This document shows, piece by piece, positions 1 to 10,014 of a stretch of 64,000 bases of DNA; within the stretch, counting starts at the first letter, position 1; each line of letters opens with the position of its first letter. The translations under genes and the position numbers were made by a program. The DNA comes from Candidatus Latescibacterota bacterium (GTDB lineage: Bacteria > Latescibacterota > CBDEFO01), in NCBI GenBank assembly GCA_965248755.1, contig OZ252149.1:1664001-1728000 (forward strand). Reading direction: 5' to 3'. Below the pieces are notes generated by a model. That model ran no database searches and had not been told where the DNA came from. It worked only from the letters and a program-made list of their open reading frames with translations.

Positions 1-56
1 AAACGATCTGTATCCTTTGAGAATCTGCCCCGCCATAGCTTCGATTTTTTGTCCAT
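1..56 (-). CDS. argH: Argininosuccinate lyase, 5' end only (runs off window)
   Basis: Manual translation from ATG at 56: MDKKSKLWRGRFSKDTDR, matching the N-terminal KLWGGRF motif of ArgH. Confidence 0.7.
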   Translation of the reverse strand, partial: MDKKSKLWRGRFSKDTDR

Positions 57-428
57 AGCGCAATTTTTCCCCTTTTGTTCTCAATCTGCAAAAGTTTCAC
101 CTCACTTAAACTGAAGAATCCCGAAAATACCGTATATAAGGTCTTTTTGGAATCCCGCACGTCTCAAAGTATAAAAGATTTCATGTAATTCTACGCCTCT
201 ATGATAAACAGATTAAAATCAAGTATATAGAGGAAGTATGGAAAGAGGGAAGAACGCACTTTGCTGATCATTAAAGTTGAAGTAAGCTGGAAGTTTTTGA
301 GGGAATGTGATTAACTTGGCACATAAATTGCGGAACTTTAAGTTAAAGCACCCGATTATGAGAAGATTATAAGAGCTGTAAGTTTCCAGATTCAGATCAA
401 TTAAGTAATAAAGAAGGAGACACAACCG

Positions 429-596
429 ATGAAACCGATGAGCAAACTGGACGGCATAAAACGGAGTTTGGGCTATCTGGCCCTGCTCTACGCTATCCAG
501 AACGACATCGTTAGGTCCGAAGGCATAAGGAAGCTTGCCACTTCGCTTTTCGGTGGAGAACATAGAGCAAGAGAGATCATCAGGAGGGCTAGCTGA
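429..596 (+). CDS. Small hypothetical protein, 55 aa
   Basis: AAGGAG RBS ~10 nt before ATG; MKPMSKLDGIKRSLGYLALLYAIQNDIVRSEGIRKLATSLFGGEHRAREIIRRAS*; below ORF-track cutoff. Confidence 0.5.
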   Translation: MKPMSKLDGIKRSLGYLALLYAIQNDIVRSEGIRKLATSLFGGEHRAREIIRRAS

Positions 597-822
597 GCTT
601 TCAGATCTCCATCCCTGCACCTTTCAGAATGAAATGATCCTGATTTCAGTTTAAGTTTGTGGGATGAAAAGCCTTCAGCTCCATAGTTTCCCAAAGAGTT
701 CCTTCGGCCACTTCGCCACGTGGTAGTCTTCTGGCACTTCGCGGATTGCTGGCGCTTCGTAGCCATGAAAAGGGACAGCCACTACGTACCTATTGCCCAC
801 ACCACCTTTTTTGCCCGCCCGA

Positions 823-2475
823 TCAAAACTTAAGGAACTCCCTCTGTACACCGAATACTTCCCTCAACACATCGCATATCTCCCCCACTGTAGCGTAAGA
901 TTTGACTGCGTCCAATACAAAGGGCATCAGATTGTCGTCGCCACGGGCGGCACTTTTCAACGCTGAGAGGGAATTCTGGACGGCCTTATTATCCCTTTCT
1001 GACTTGAGAGCGTTCAGATTCTCGATCTGGATCTTTTCGGCATCGGGGTCGACTCTGAACAAGTCCCTTTGCGCCTCCTTTTCAGTGAACTTGTTCACAC
1101 CCACAACAACTCTCTCGGAACCTTCTATCTCCTTTTGATACCTGTACGCACTCTGGTGAATCTGGTCCTGGATATATCCCTCCCCAATTGCCTTTACAGC
1201 CCCACCCATAGCGTCTATCTTTTCTATGTATTCCAACGCCTTCTTTTCGATTTCGTCGGTGAGATACTCTACAGTGTAGGACCCTCCCAGCGGATCAACT
1301 ACAGAAGTTATGCCGGACTCGTAGGCCATAATCTGCTGGGTCCTTAGAGCCAATCCTGCTCCCTCTTCGCTCGGTAGAGACAGCGCTTCGTCGAACGAAT
1401 TGCAGTGAAGCGACTGCGCCCCGCCTAACACAGCTGCCAGAGCCTGTAAAGATACCCTCACGATATTGTTAAGAGGCTGTTGAGCTGTCAGAGTGCTCCC
1501 GTCCGTCTGAGCGTGAAAGCGCAGGAGTTCAGACGCTTTGTGGTCGCATCCGAAGCGTTCGGACACTATCTTTGCCCACAGCCTCCTTGCCGAGCGAAAC
1601 TTGGCTATCTCCTCTAAAAACTCGTTGTGCACGCCGAAGAAGAAGGAAAGCCTCGGGGCGAACTCCTCTATCTTCAGACCCGCATTCTGTGCCGCTTCCA
1701 CGTACGCTATGGCGTTGGCAAAAGTAAACGCAATCTCCTGAACAGCTGTCGCCCCTGCCTCCCGCATGTGATATCCACTTATGCTTATAGTATTCCACAG
1801 TGGAACGTGCTCCTTGCAATAGCTGAAAATGTCAGTCATAAGACGCATCGAGGCCATGGGCGGGAAGATATATGTCCCCCTTGCTATATACTCCTTCAGT
1901 ATATCGTTTTGAACCGTCCCTGAAAGCTTGGATAGAGGAACCCCCTGCTTTTCTGCCACAGCTATGTACATTGCCAACAGAATGGTGGCCGTCGCGTTTA
2001 TCGTCATAGATGTGCTGACCTTGTCCAGAGGTATCCCCCCAAAGAGGACCTCCATATCTCTCAGAGATGAAACGGGGACGCCTACTTTGCCGACCTCGCC
2101 TGAGGACATAGTGTGATCGGAATCGTAGCCCATCTGAGTCGGGAGGTCAAACGCCACGCTCAAACCCGTCTGGCCCTGTTCTAGAAGGTATCGGAAGCGC
2201 CTGTTCGACTCCTTGGCGGTGGCATAGCCCGCATACTGCCTCATCGTCCACAGGCGTCCCCTGTACATAGTGGGATATATGCCCCTTGTGAACGGGAACT
2301 GACCGGGGAATCCTGTTTCCTCCAGATAATCTCTATTATCATCCGGAGTGTTCAGCCCCTCAAGCCTTATCCCCGATGTCGTCTCGAACGATTCCTTCCT
2401 TTCGGGATGTCGGGATTTAGCCTCTTCGAGGACTCCCCTTTTCCAAGCTTCCTTCTCACGTTTGAAGTTTTTCAT
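823..2475 (-). CDS. Methylmalonyl-CoA mutase, substrate-binding (large) subunit without B12-binding domain
   Basis: [40 protein letters not shown] motifs; Tyr in RQYAG indicates methylmalonyl- rather than isobutyryl-CoA mutase. Confidence 0.93.
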   Translation of the reverse strand: MKNFKREKEAWKRGVLEEAKSRHPERKESFETTSGIRLEGLNTPDDNRDYLEETGFPGQFPFTRGIYPTMYRGRLWTMRQYAGYATAKESNRRFRYLLEQGQTGLSVAFDLPTQMGYDSDHTMSSGEVGKVGVPVSSLRDMEVLFGGIPLDKVSTSMTINATATILLAMYIAVAEKQGVPLSKLSGTVQNDILKEYIARGTYIFPPMASMRLMTDIFSYCKEHVPLWNTISISGYHMREAGATAVQEIAFTFANAIAYVEAAQNAGLKIEEFAPRLSFFFGVHNEFLEEIAKFRSARRLWAKIVSERFGCDHKASELLRFHAQTDGSTLTAQQPLNNIVRVSLQALAAVLGGAQSLHCNSFDEALSLPSEEGAGLALRTQQIMAYESGITSVVDPLGGSYTVEYLTDEIEKKALEYIEKIDAMGGAVKAIGEGYIQDQIHQSAYRYQKEIEGSERVVVGVNKFTEKEAQRDLFRVDPDAEKIQIENLNALKSERDNKAVQNSLSALKSAARGDDNLMPFVLDAVKSYATVGEICDVLREVFGVQREFLKF

Positions 2476-2906
2476 ATCTCCAGACCAGTGGTCTTAAGAA
2501 ACAAAAACAAAACTGCAAGAGATAAGTTAATAGCGTGGCTGGTCAAACATAAGGGACACGATACCTCTATTTTGAAGAATAAAGCGTATGTAAGGTATAT
2601 TCCTAAAGTAACGGTAAAAAATGAGATGCCCAAAAGGACATCTAAAACGTCAGGGAGCCTTATTAGGGCCCCTGAAGAAATCAAAAAGATGATAGAAAAA
2701 TAATAGGCTATTCCCCAAATGAAGTTGGGGAGCCAGAAAACTTTCGCATAGGGCGTCATCAGGATGCTTATACACTCTCTTTCTTTCATCCTGCAGAAGG
2801 AGGGCATCCATCTGCTATCGGGTTCGATTATTCTGTAATATACGAGGGTAAAGTAGCCCGATATATAGAGACCGAGGAAGGCCGAAAGCAAAATGATATA
2901 GACCAC
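2472..2906 (-). CDS. Vitamin K epoxide reductase (VKOR) family membrane protein
   Basis: Four hydrophobic helices, loop Cys pair (CRMKEREC) and CPLC motif; AGGAGG RBS. Confidence 0.85.
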   Translation of the reverse strand: MVYIILLSAFLGLYISGYFTLVYYRIIEPDSRWMPSFCRMKERECISILMTPYAKVFWLPNFIWGIAYYFSIIFLISSGALIRLPDVLDVLLGISFFTVTLGIYLTYALFFKIEVSCPLCLTSHAINLSLAVLFLFLKTTGLEI

Positions 2907-2923
2907 GGATCTCGGGCGCTCCT

Positions 2924-3016
2924 TTCTTAAGACCTAAATTCTTAAGACTTAAATTCTTAAGACCTAAATCTTAAGACCTAAATTCTTAAGACCTAAATCT
3001 TAAAGACTTAAATCTA
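2924..3016. repeat. Tandem 14-15 bp repeat (T)TCTTAAGACYTAAA, about 6 copies
   Basis: Directly visible in the sequence. Confidence 0.9.
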
Positions 3017-3039
3017 AGGTCTGAAAGGGAGTTTGTCAA
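3011..3039 (-). promoter_or_regulatory. Sigma70-type promoter for VKOR-mutase operon
   Basis: TTGACA-17 nt-TAGATT on minus strand. Confidence 0.6.
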
Positions 3040-3078
3040 GAAAACCTCCCTAGTGTGATGAAATTAGTTGAAAAGTAT

Positions 3079-3107
3079 TTGACTACGGGAACAAAATTCG
3101 TTATACT
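3079..3107 (+). promoter_or_regulatory. Sigma70-type promoter for ATP-grasp/larE/def
   Basis: TTGACT-17 nt-TATACT. Confidence 0.65.
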
Positions 3108-3266
3108 TGAACTGTTGTGGTGCAAGACAAATGTTGAGTACTTTAGAAATTAGGCAAACGTTGGACAGGCTCCCGGCCTTCCCCTGTATGCTGTCTACTC
3201 ATGTATGTGGTATCAGAAGAAGGTTTAAAAGCCCCTTGAAATACCCAAATTTACGAAGAGCAGCCA

Positions 3267-4745
3267 GTGGATCCTAAAGATAAGTGTTTGACAATAAATG
3301 ATATGACACCGAAAGGTGGTCTCTTTGCAGGAGAGAAAAAAGAGGTGCATCCGGAATCCAACAGCGTGTGGAGAATCTCTCCTGATCCCTTCTGGATAGA
3401 TAACCAGTTGTTTGTGCAACTTGAGGATTTCGGAAATCATCTGCTGTCGTTTTACCGAGCCTGCAACAGGCTATACCTCCAGAGCACAAGGGGGATACAG
3501 CCTCAATGGGTCTCAGAGTACCTGGATAAGGGCAAGCCAGAATTTCTCATCGAGTACGGCAAAATGAAGAGGATAAGGACTCAACTCCCTCTTATCATAA
3601 GGCCCGACGTGATCTTCACCGACGACGGAATAATCGTGTCCGAACTCGACTCAGTGCCAGGGGGAATCGGATTTACAGCCGGACTTTCCCAAAGGTACGG
3701 GATGTTCGACGAGCCAATTGTAGGCGGGCCCGATGGGATGGTAAGAGGATTTGGGGAGATGATCTGCTCCGTTTCAAGGGTCGAACAACCAAATCTGGCA
3801 ATCGTGGTGTCCGATGAATCCGATGATTACTGGGACGAGATGGTCTGGCTCGGGGGACAGTTAAACAACTCCGGTCTTTCGACTTATGTTGTTAAACCTA
3901 AAGACCTGATCTTCTCTGAAGATGGGATCTTCTTGAACGTAGAAGGAGAACAGACCAAAATAGATGTACTCTACAGATTCTTCGAGCTCTTCGATCTAAA
4001 GAATATACCCAAATGGGAACTTATTATGTACAGTGCCAAGAAGAGGACTGTAGTGGTCACACCTCCATTTAAAGGATACCTCGAGGAGAAGATGCTCTTT
4101 GCGCTTTTCCATCATCCTGTCCTCAAAAGCTTTTGGATAAACGAGATGGGAGGGGAGACCTATCACGTGTTGAGTAACGTATTTCCTCGAACTTGGATAC
4201 TCGACCCCCGAAAGATACCTCCCTATGCCGTCATACCGGGGCTATCTGTGGACGGCCGAGCGGTCTGCCGCTGGAGCGACCTTTTATCTTGGGGACAAAG
4301 GGAGAGGGACTTTTTGATCAAGCCCTCTGGCTACTCCGAGCTTGCGTGGGGAAGTAGAGGCATCTCTGTCGGGGCAGATCTGTCGCAGGATAACTGGAAA
4401 GAAGCGATCCTAAATGGGCTTTCAAACTTCGAGGACACCCCCTACATCCTTCAAAAATTCCACAAGGGGAAGAGAGTACAGATAGACTACTACGACTTTA
4501 ACGATGGCCAAATCAAGACGATGGACGGAAGAGTTCGTCTGTCTCCCTACTACTTTGTCATAGACGATTCAGTCAGACTCGACGGGATACTTGCCACTGT
4601 GTGCCCCTCGGATAAGAAGCTCCTTCACGGCATGGTGGACGCGGTGATGCTCCCGGCTGGAGTCAAACACAAAAGAAAAGAGGAGACCTTTGACACTCAA
4701 CGAGAAGTTGGACAACCTGAATGCCATCTTGAGATCGATGGATAG
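3267..4745 (+). CDS. Circularly permuted ATP-grasp / glutathionylspermidine-synthase-like hypothetical protein
   Basis: IIRPDVI, SELDSVPGGIG, IDVLYRFFE, LIKPSG..WGSRG, ILQKF, GRVRLSPYY pattern. Confidence 0.6.
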   Translation: MDPKDKCLTINDMTPKGGLFAGEKKEVHPESNSVWRISPDPFWIDNQLFVQLEDFGNHLLSFYRACNRLYLQSTRGIQPQWVSEYLDKGKPEFLIEYGKMKRIRTQLPLIIRPDVIFTDDGIIVSELDSVPGGIGFTAGLSQRYGMFDEPIVGGPDGMVRGFGEMICSVSRVEQPNLAIVVSDESDDYWDEMVWLGGQLNNSGLSTYVVKPKDLIFSEDGIFLNVEGEQTKIDVLYRFFELFDLKNIPKWELIMYSAKKRTVVVTPPFKGYLEEKMLFALFHHPVLKSFWINEMGGETYHVLSNVFPRTWILDPRKIPPYAVIPGLSVDGRAVCRWSDLLSWGQRERDFLIKPSGYSELAWGSRGISVGADLSQDNWKEAILNGLSNFEDTPYILQKFHKGKRVQIDYYDFNDGQIKTMDGRVRLSPYYFVIDDSVRLDGILATVCPSDKKLLHGMVDAVMLPAGVKHKRKEETFDTQREVGQPECHLEIDG

Positions 4746-5520
4746 CGTTATAGTCGCCTATTCAGGAGGTGTGGATAGTGCGTGTTTAGCCAAAGCAGCA
4801 TACGATGTCCTAAAAGATGCAGCCCTTGCAGTAACCGCCGATTCGGAGAGCTATGCCGAAGGGGAACTCAAAGAAGCCATAGAGCTGGCAAAGGACATCG
4901 GCATCAGACACAAAGTCATAGCCACAGAGGAGATAAAGAACCCTGACTACTTTACAAACCCTCAGAACAGATGCTATTTCTGCAAGATGGAACTCTTTAC
5001 TAAACTCGAAGAAGTAGCCGCCCAGGAGGACGTACCCTGGATCATATACGGAGCCAACTCCGACGACGGCGGCGACTACAGACCCGGCATGCAGGCAGCG
5101 GACGAGATGGAAGTCAGAGCGCCCCTCAAAGAAGCCGCAATGACCAAGGAGGACGTAAGACAGCTCTCCAAAAGATGGGGTCTTTCCGTCTGGGACAGGC
5201 CCGCCACAGCCTGCCTCTCATCCAGATTTCCATACGGAACAGTCATAACCAGAGAGGGACTTAAGTCAGTGGATAAAGCAGAACAGTTCTTGAGGAGCCT
5301 GGGATTTGTTCAGGTTAGGGTCAGACACCACGCACAGGAGAAGATCGCACGCATAGAGGTGCCCCAGGATGAGATGGAAAGGTTCTTTCACGGCGACGTA
5401 AGGGAAAAGGTCCATGAGCGATTTAAGGAATTAGGATATACTTACGTAACTTTAGACCTGAAGGGATACAGAAGCGGTAGCTTGAATGAAACCCTGGGAC
5501 AAGTAGATAGAAGTCAGTAG
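4690..5520 (+). CDS. larE: ATP-dependent sacrificial sulfur transferase LarE family (PP-loop)
   Basis: AYSGGVDS PP-loop, RCYFCK, DYRPG, CLSSRFPYG, GYRSGSLN. Confidence 0.9.
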   Translation: MTLNEKLDNLNAILRSMDSVIVAYSGGVDSACLAKAAYDVLKDAALAVTADSESYAEGELKEAIELAKDIGIRHKVIATEEIKNPDYFTNPQNRCYFCKMELFTKLEEVAAQEDVPWIIYGANSDDGGDYRPGMQAADEMEVRAPLKEAAMTKEDVRQLSKRWGLSVWDRPATACLSSRFPYGTVITREGLKSVDKAEQFLRSLGFVQVRVRHHAQEKIARIEVPQDEMERFFHGDVREKVHERFKELGYTYVTLDLKGYRSGSLNETLGQVDRSQ

Positions 5521-5534
5521 CCCGCGACCTCCAT

Positions 5535-5555
5535 CTCCGATAGAATCAATCGGGG
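5535..5555. repeat. Dispersed 21-bp palindrome CCCCGATAGATTCAATCGGGG, copy 1 (variant)
   Basis: Other copies at 12298, 29864, 36047, 37504, 44650. Confidence 0.8.
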
Positions 5556-5643
5556 ACTATTGGGGGTTCAATCGCGGCTAACCAGGGTCACCTTGTCTCT
5601 TCCCTGCATGCCGTCTACCGTTTGATGACTACTACATTTTGGG

Positions 5644-6171
5644 ATGGCCCTTTTAAGAATCAGAAAATACGGAGACGCTTTATTAAGGCAAAAAACCGAC
5701 CCCGTGGCGGTGATAGATGAGGAGATCGTACAGCTTGTTGACAATATGTTCCAGACGCTGTACGACGCGGAAGGAGTTGGATTAGCCGCTCCACAGGTAG
5801 GGACATCCGAACGCGTTATAGTCGTTGATGCGGGACACTACGACCCTGCGTACAAGACTATGGGGATGATTAATCCAGAGATACTGCTCAAAGAAGGAGC
5901 CGACATACGTGAGGAAGGCTGCTTGAGCCTGCCGGAGATATACGGAGAGGTTGAAAGAGCATACAAAATAAGTGTCCGATGGAGCAATACTGAGGGAGAA
6001 AGATTAGAAGCTGATGCGGAGGGCTTACTGGCGCGTGTAATACAGCACGAGATAGATCACCTCGATGGGGTGCTCATAATAGACCATTTTACCCCCTTAA
6101 AAAGGCAGCTTATCAAAAATCAACTCAGGAAATTGAAGAAGGAGACATATCTTGAAACATCTTCCCCCTAG
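5644..6171 (+). CDS. def: Peptide deformylase
   Basis: GVGLAAPQVG, EGCLS, QHEIDHLDG motifs. Confidence 0.97.
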   Translation: MALLRIRKYGDALLRQKTDPVAVIDEEIVQLVDNMFQTLYDAEGVGLAAPQVGTSERVIVVDAGHYDPAYKTMGMINPEILLKEGADIREEGCLSLPEIYGEVERAYKISVRWSNTEGERLEADAEGLLARVIQHEIDHLDGVLIIDHFTPLKRQLIKNQLRKLKKETYLETSSP

Positions 6172-6365
6172 CTTCAGGGGCTGGTGGTTAGGGTGAGGAG
6201 GATTGCACCGTCAGACTGTAGGCTATATCTTCAAGAGTGCACTTTTCAAGCATTAAGAATTAGATTTGTATATTTAAGAATCAGGGCGCGAGTGTGCCTA
6301 AGCTTTGTGGCCGCTTTAGTCTCAAAGACTTCTATTTTTAACTTCATACAAATGCGTAGACAGTG

Positions 6366-6442
6366 GGGCGGTTAGCTCAGGTGGTTAGAGTACTTGCTTG
6401 ACATGCAAGAGGTCACTGGTTCGAATCCAGTACCGCCCACCA
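6366..6442 (+). tRNA. tRNA-Val(GAC)
   Basis: GGGCGGT/ACCGCCC acceptor stem, CTTGC-TTGACAT-GCAAG anticodon arm, GGTTCGAATCC T-loop, encoded CCA. Confidence 0.97.
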
Positions 6443-6451
6443 TAAAAAAGG

Positions 6452-6487
6452 ACGGGTTACGACGATTGAGTCGTGGCCCGTTTTTTG
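6452..6487 (+). terminator. Intrinsic terminator after tRNA-Val
   Basis: ACGGGTTACGAC/GTCGTGGCCCGT hairpin followed by T-run. Confidence 0.7.
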
Positions 6488-6688
6488 TTCGGTGACGTTT
6501 TGGTGACATAAATCCGGCAGAAGACAGCATAAGGCGTACACTACAGATTCGGGTGAGAACCAGGGGGATCGGAATGTGGTCCAAGACAGACCAGCATAAC
6601 GCAATTGATAAATTTTCATTGATGTCAAACATCTTCTTTTGTATCTTCTTCAAAGTACTCAACGGAAAAATTACGCAGGATTAGGTGC

Positions 6689-6709
6689 TTGTGACAAAAT
6701 ATGTCACAA
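6689..6709. promoter_or_regulatory. Perfect inverted repeat TTGTGACA-N5-TGTCACAA, candidate operator
   Basis: 8-bp arms upstream of the CBM9-like gene; regulator unknown. Confidence 0.4.
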
Positions 6710-6873
6710 TTATTTGAGGGGTCCACATAAATGTCAGCGTAGACACTAGCAACATGAGAATTATTCTGTAACACTAATGCCCAGATGCCGTTGGAAATCA
6801 TCGCAATTTCACCATTAACACTTCCAAAGTCAAATCTGATACTTTTGAGAAGGCCATTTCAAGGGAGGTAACT

Positions 6874-7644
6874 ATGTACCGATTCATCACAGCCTTATTA
6901 GCCCTTGTCGTACCTTTCTGCGGCTTTGCCGAGGCAGGTCCTGCTGGCGTTAAGCACTATATCTGCTCCAAGACTTCCGAAAAGATAAAGATAGACGGTA
7001 TTTTTGACGAGTTCTCGTGGGCAATCGCCCGAAGGGTGGGAGATTTCGAAAGGATCCTTTCCGACTACCCGGATATAGAGCGTCATACGGAGGCATCTCT
7101 ACTTTGGGACGAGGAAAATCTGTATGTATCCTTCTCCTGCCAAGACCCTGAGATGTGGACAACTATGACCGTCGAGGACACTACTGGGTTGCCCACTGAG
7201 GAGGTCGCAGAGGTGTTCATAGACCCAGACGGCGACGGGAAAAACTACTTAGAACTGGAAGTCAATCCTCTAAACGTTATTTTCGATTTGAAGGTCATAA
7301 CGACATCACCTTGGCAGGTGGATGTGGACTGGGACATCGTGGGACTTGAGACGGCTGTCATGCCGTTCGGAACGGTTAACGATCCAGATGACACAGACAC
7401 TGGGTGGAACGTGGAGATAGCTATCCCCTGGAAGGCCTTCGGGGATATAGCCGCCTCCGTAAACATCCCTCCCCAAGAGGGCGACCAATGGAGATTGAAT
7501 CTCTACAGGGTAGAGAGGAAAGGAGGTTTAAGGGCGAAAGCGGAGGGAAAGGATTTTCCGTTGACTGAGTTCACCGGATGGTCAGCAACGCATAAGGTGG
7601 GGTTTCATGACCCTTCCAGGTTCGGTGTCGTGGAGTTCAGGTAA
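6874..7644 (+). CDS. Secreted carbohydrate-binding family 9-like (CBM9/DOMON-like) protein
   Basis: Signal peptide; IKIDG..DE..W, LLWDEENLYV, EVFIDPDGD, WNVEIAIPW, WRLNLYR, FHDPSRFG. Confidence 0.85.
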   Translation: MYRFITALLALVVPFCGFAEAGPAGVKHYICSKTSEKIKIDGIFDEFSWAIARRVGDFERILSDYPDIERHTEASLLWDEENLYVSFSCQDPEMWTTMTVEDTTGLPTEEVAEVFIDPDGDGKNYLELEVNPLNVIFDLKVITTSPWQVDVDWDIVGLETAVMPFGTVNDPDDTDTGWNVEIAIPWKAFGDIAASVNIPPQEGDQWRLNLYRVERKGGLRAKAEGKDFPLTEFTGWSATHKVGFHDPSRFGVVEFR

Positions 7645-8003
7645 AAGACAAAACGAAACGGGGGTGAATATAGCCTCATAGGCGACTATTCCCACCACCT
7701 GAATATGAAGAGTTCAATTAAAGGGCATGCGAGGTGCCTGGACAAAACGCCGGCAGGACAAGATGCTACTGCACAGGGTGAAGATCTGACCGGAATCGCT
7801 ATGGGCGGCCCCAGGACAGGGCCGATCTTTTTGGGTGTGGCTGGCATGGCGCACAAGTTGCTTTGGCTACGCGACCGGTGTAGCTGTTCCCGCGGGCCAA
7901 GCGCAGAATGGCGCGCAGCGTACACCCTGTCTTGGCCACTGGCAACATATCTAAAGAATGGTATCCAGCATCCGCCGCTGCTCTCTATCAATCCACTATG
8001 TCG

Positions 8004-9098
8004 TTACAAGGTCCTGCGCATCATCTTCACACATACGGGCTTGGGTACCTCTATCACCTGACCTGTTGACGTAAGCTTTCCTGTCTGCTGGTAGATGCGA
8101 AATACCACGACAGTGTCGCTGCCCTGATTGGTGACCAGCAAGAAGGTATGCGTTGGGTCAATGCCGAGGCCCCAGGGGAAATGGCCCTGGGACGACTCAT
8201 GACCGGCAAGAGTGAGTTTGCCCGTGGCTTCGCCGATTGTGAAGATCGCGATGCTGTCGTGACCGCGATTTGAGCCATAGAGAAACTTTCCCGACGGGTA
8301 AATCTGTACATCCGCGCAGTAACTTGTGTCGGTAAAATCTTCGGGCAGGGTAGAAATCGTTTGAATCTCTGCAAGAGTACCGTGCGTTTCGTCGTAAGCA
8401 AAAGCGTTAAAGGTGTTGTCAAGCTCATTTATTACATAGGCATACCGGCCATTGGGATGGAAGGCAAAATGGCGCGGCCCAGCGCCGGCCTTGACCTGGA
8501 CCCAGGGCTGGTCGTTGGGAGTTAGTTTCCCCCGGGCCGAATCGAGCTTGTAAATCAGAATCTTATCGATGCCAAGGTCTGCCGCAAAGGCAAAGCGACT
8601 GGCGGGATGCAGGACGATGGAATGCACATGAGGACCCTCCTGCCGCGGGTGGACGCTGGAACCTTCGTGCTGGACCGTATGGCTTGCCGGCCCCAGCCGA
8701 CCGTCCTCTAAGATCGGTAGAACCGACACACTACCCGACATATAATTCCCCGAAAGTAGATATTTTCCGGTCTTTTCGATACTCACATAGCATGGCAGGG
8801 ATCCTCCTGAAAGCTGCTGATCTAAATAGGTAAGTTCCCCTGTTTCTGAATCGATGGAGAACACGCTCACAGCCCCACCTGGCTGGCCGTCAATCTCCTC
8901 GACTCCGTTGGCCGCGTAAAGGTAGCGTTGCCGGGAATCTATAGTCAAAAAGAAGGGGTTGTCTACTTCTGCGGCCTTGCTGGCAAATTCCAGGGCACCT
9001 GAGGATGGATCTAGCCGATAGACGTAAATCCCTTCACTTGGGTCGTTCGTGGATGTTCCAATGTAGACGAGGATTTCTGCTTCATGCTGTTGTGCCAT
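8004..9098 (-). CDS. pgl: 6-phosphogluconolactonase / lactonase beta-propeller family
   Basis: YIGT, QEGPHVH, ADLGID, GAGPRH, SNRGHDSI motifs. Confidence 0.88.
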   Translation of the reverse strand: MAQQHEAEILVYIGTSTNDPSEGIYVYRLDPSSGALEFASKAAEVDNPFFLTIDSRQRYLYAANGVEEIDGQPGGAVSVFSIDSETGELTYLDQQLSGGSLPCYVSIEKTGKYLLSGNYMSGSVSVLPILEDGRLGPASHTVQHEGSSVHPRQEGPHVHSIVLHPASRFAFAADLGIDKILIYKLDSARGKLTPNDQPWVQVKAGAGPRHFAFHPNGRYAYVINELDNTFNAFAYDETHGTLAEIQTISTLPEDFTDTSYCADVQIYPSGKFLYGSNRGHDSIAIFTIGEATGKLTLAGHESSQGHFPWGLGIDPTHTFLLVTNQGSDTVVVFRIYQQTGKLTSTGQVIEVPKPVCVKMMRRTL

Positions 9099-9486
9099 GA
9101 CCTGTAGCTCCGTGTTTGAGGTTTTTGTATCCTTTGGTTATAGACGCCCGCATGAATACCTTAAGATGCAGTAAAGAGGTCTGCGTGGCTTGCGGCTAAC
9201 TTGTTTATATCGCGTCTATTTCTCATATCTTTCCATTTCGGTGTGATATTCCAAGTTCGTATATGCAGCCCTTTGAGTGAAACTCTGTTTCTCATATCCA
9301 AAGACTTTAACTTTTATGAAAATCCTTCTATATTCCCGTCTCTTCTACGGTCAAACCGTACATTTGTCCTTCTGGGAAGCACCTGAAGCACCTGAATGCC
9401 ATAAGGCGCAGCTCCTGAGTATGAGATCACACAGACTTTGCCTCGAGTTGGCAGAGCACTAAATTGAATTCCCTTCTTCTTATCTT

Positions 9487-9703
9487 CTACCCTAACTCCA
9501 CGATGCCGAACGTGGAAGGGTTGTGAAAACGCAGTTTGCGCGTTGCTGACCAGCCGGTGAACTTGCTCAATCGAAAATCGTTTCCCCTTCTTTCCAGATC
9601 GAGTCTCCTTTCCCTGCTATCGTGTACAGGTTCATCTACACTGGTCGCAGGCTTAGAGGTAATTTCACAGTCGAGGCCACACCCCTGAGGGCCTTCAATG
9701 GGC
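9487..9703 (-). pseudogene. Degraded 3' fragment of a CBM9-like gene paralogous to 6874..7644
   Basis: Manual translation ..FTGWSATRKLRFHNPSTFGIVELG* aligns with ..FTGWSATHKVGFHDPSRFGVVEFR*; frameshifts upstream. Confidence 0.8.
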
Positions 9704-10014
9704 TCGGTTACCCAGCACCTACATTACCTATTTCTGGATTTGAGTGCCATTTCTTAGATAGTGTATGCAAAGTTCGATATATGCACAAAATATGATAATA
9801 CAGTTCGACACGCGGTGCAAGTATTTTCTCCCGAATTATCTGAATAGTTGTAAGATGGGAATTCTTGTCCTCCAATGATACTTTCTCCTTGATTCCCATC
9901 CTGACATTTCGTTATATTGGTAGAATTACGGTAACCCACTTCTTGACCGAAAATATACTATGAATCATATCTATCCAAAGGGTTCCTCGATACCCTTGTC
10001 ACGGACAATGTCAA

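Noticed and set aside
2924..3016. Possible CRISPR array
   Set aside because: Units are 14-15 bp and contiguous, with no unique spacers and no cas genes
6689..6709. Rex or CRP/FNR box
   Set aside because: TTGTGA..TCACAA spacing is 9 nt rather than 6; kept only as an unassigned palindrome
7686..8061. ORFs of 101 and 118 aa between the CBM9 gene and pgl
   Set aside because: No recognisable motifs or RBS; likely spurious or unidentifiable remnants
9190..9215. GTTAGCC core suggesting the lactonase is an integron cassette
   Set aside because: No matching GGCTAAC inverse core or attC downstream of the gene
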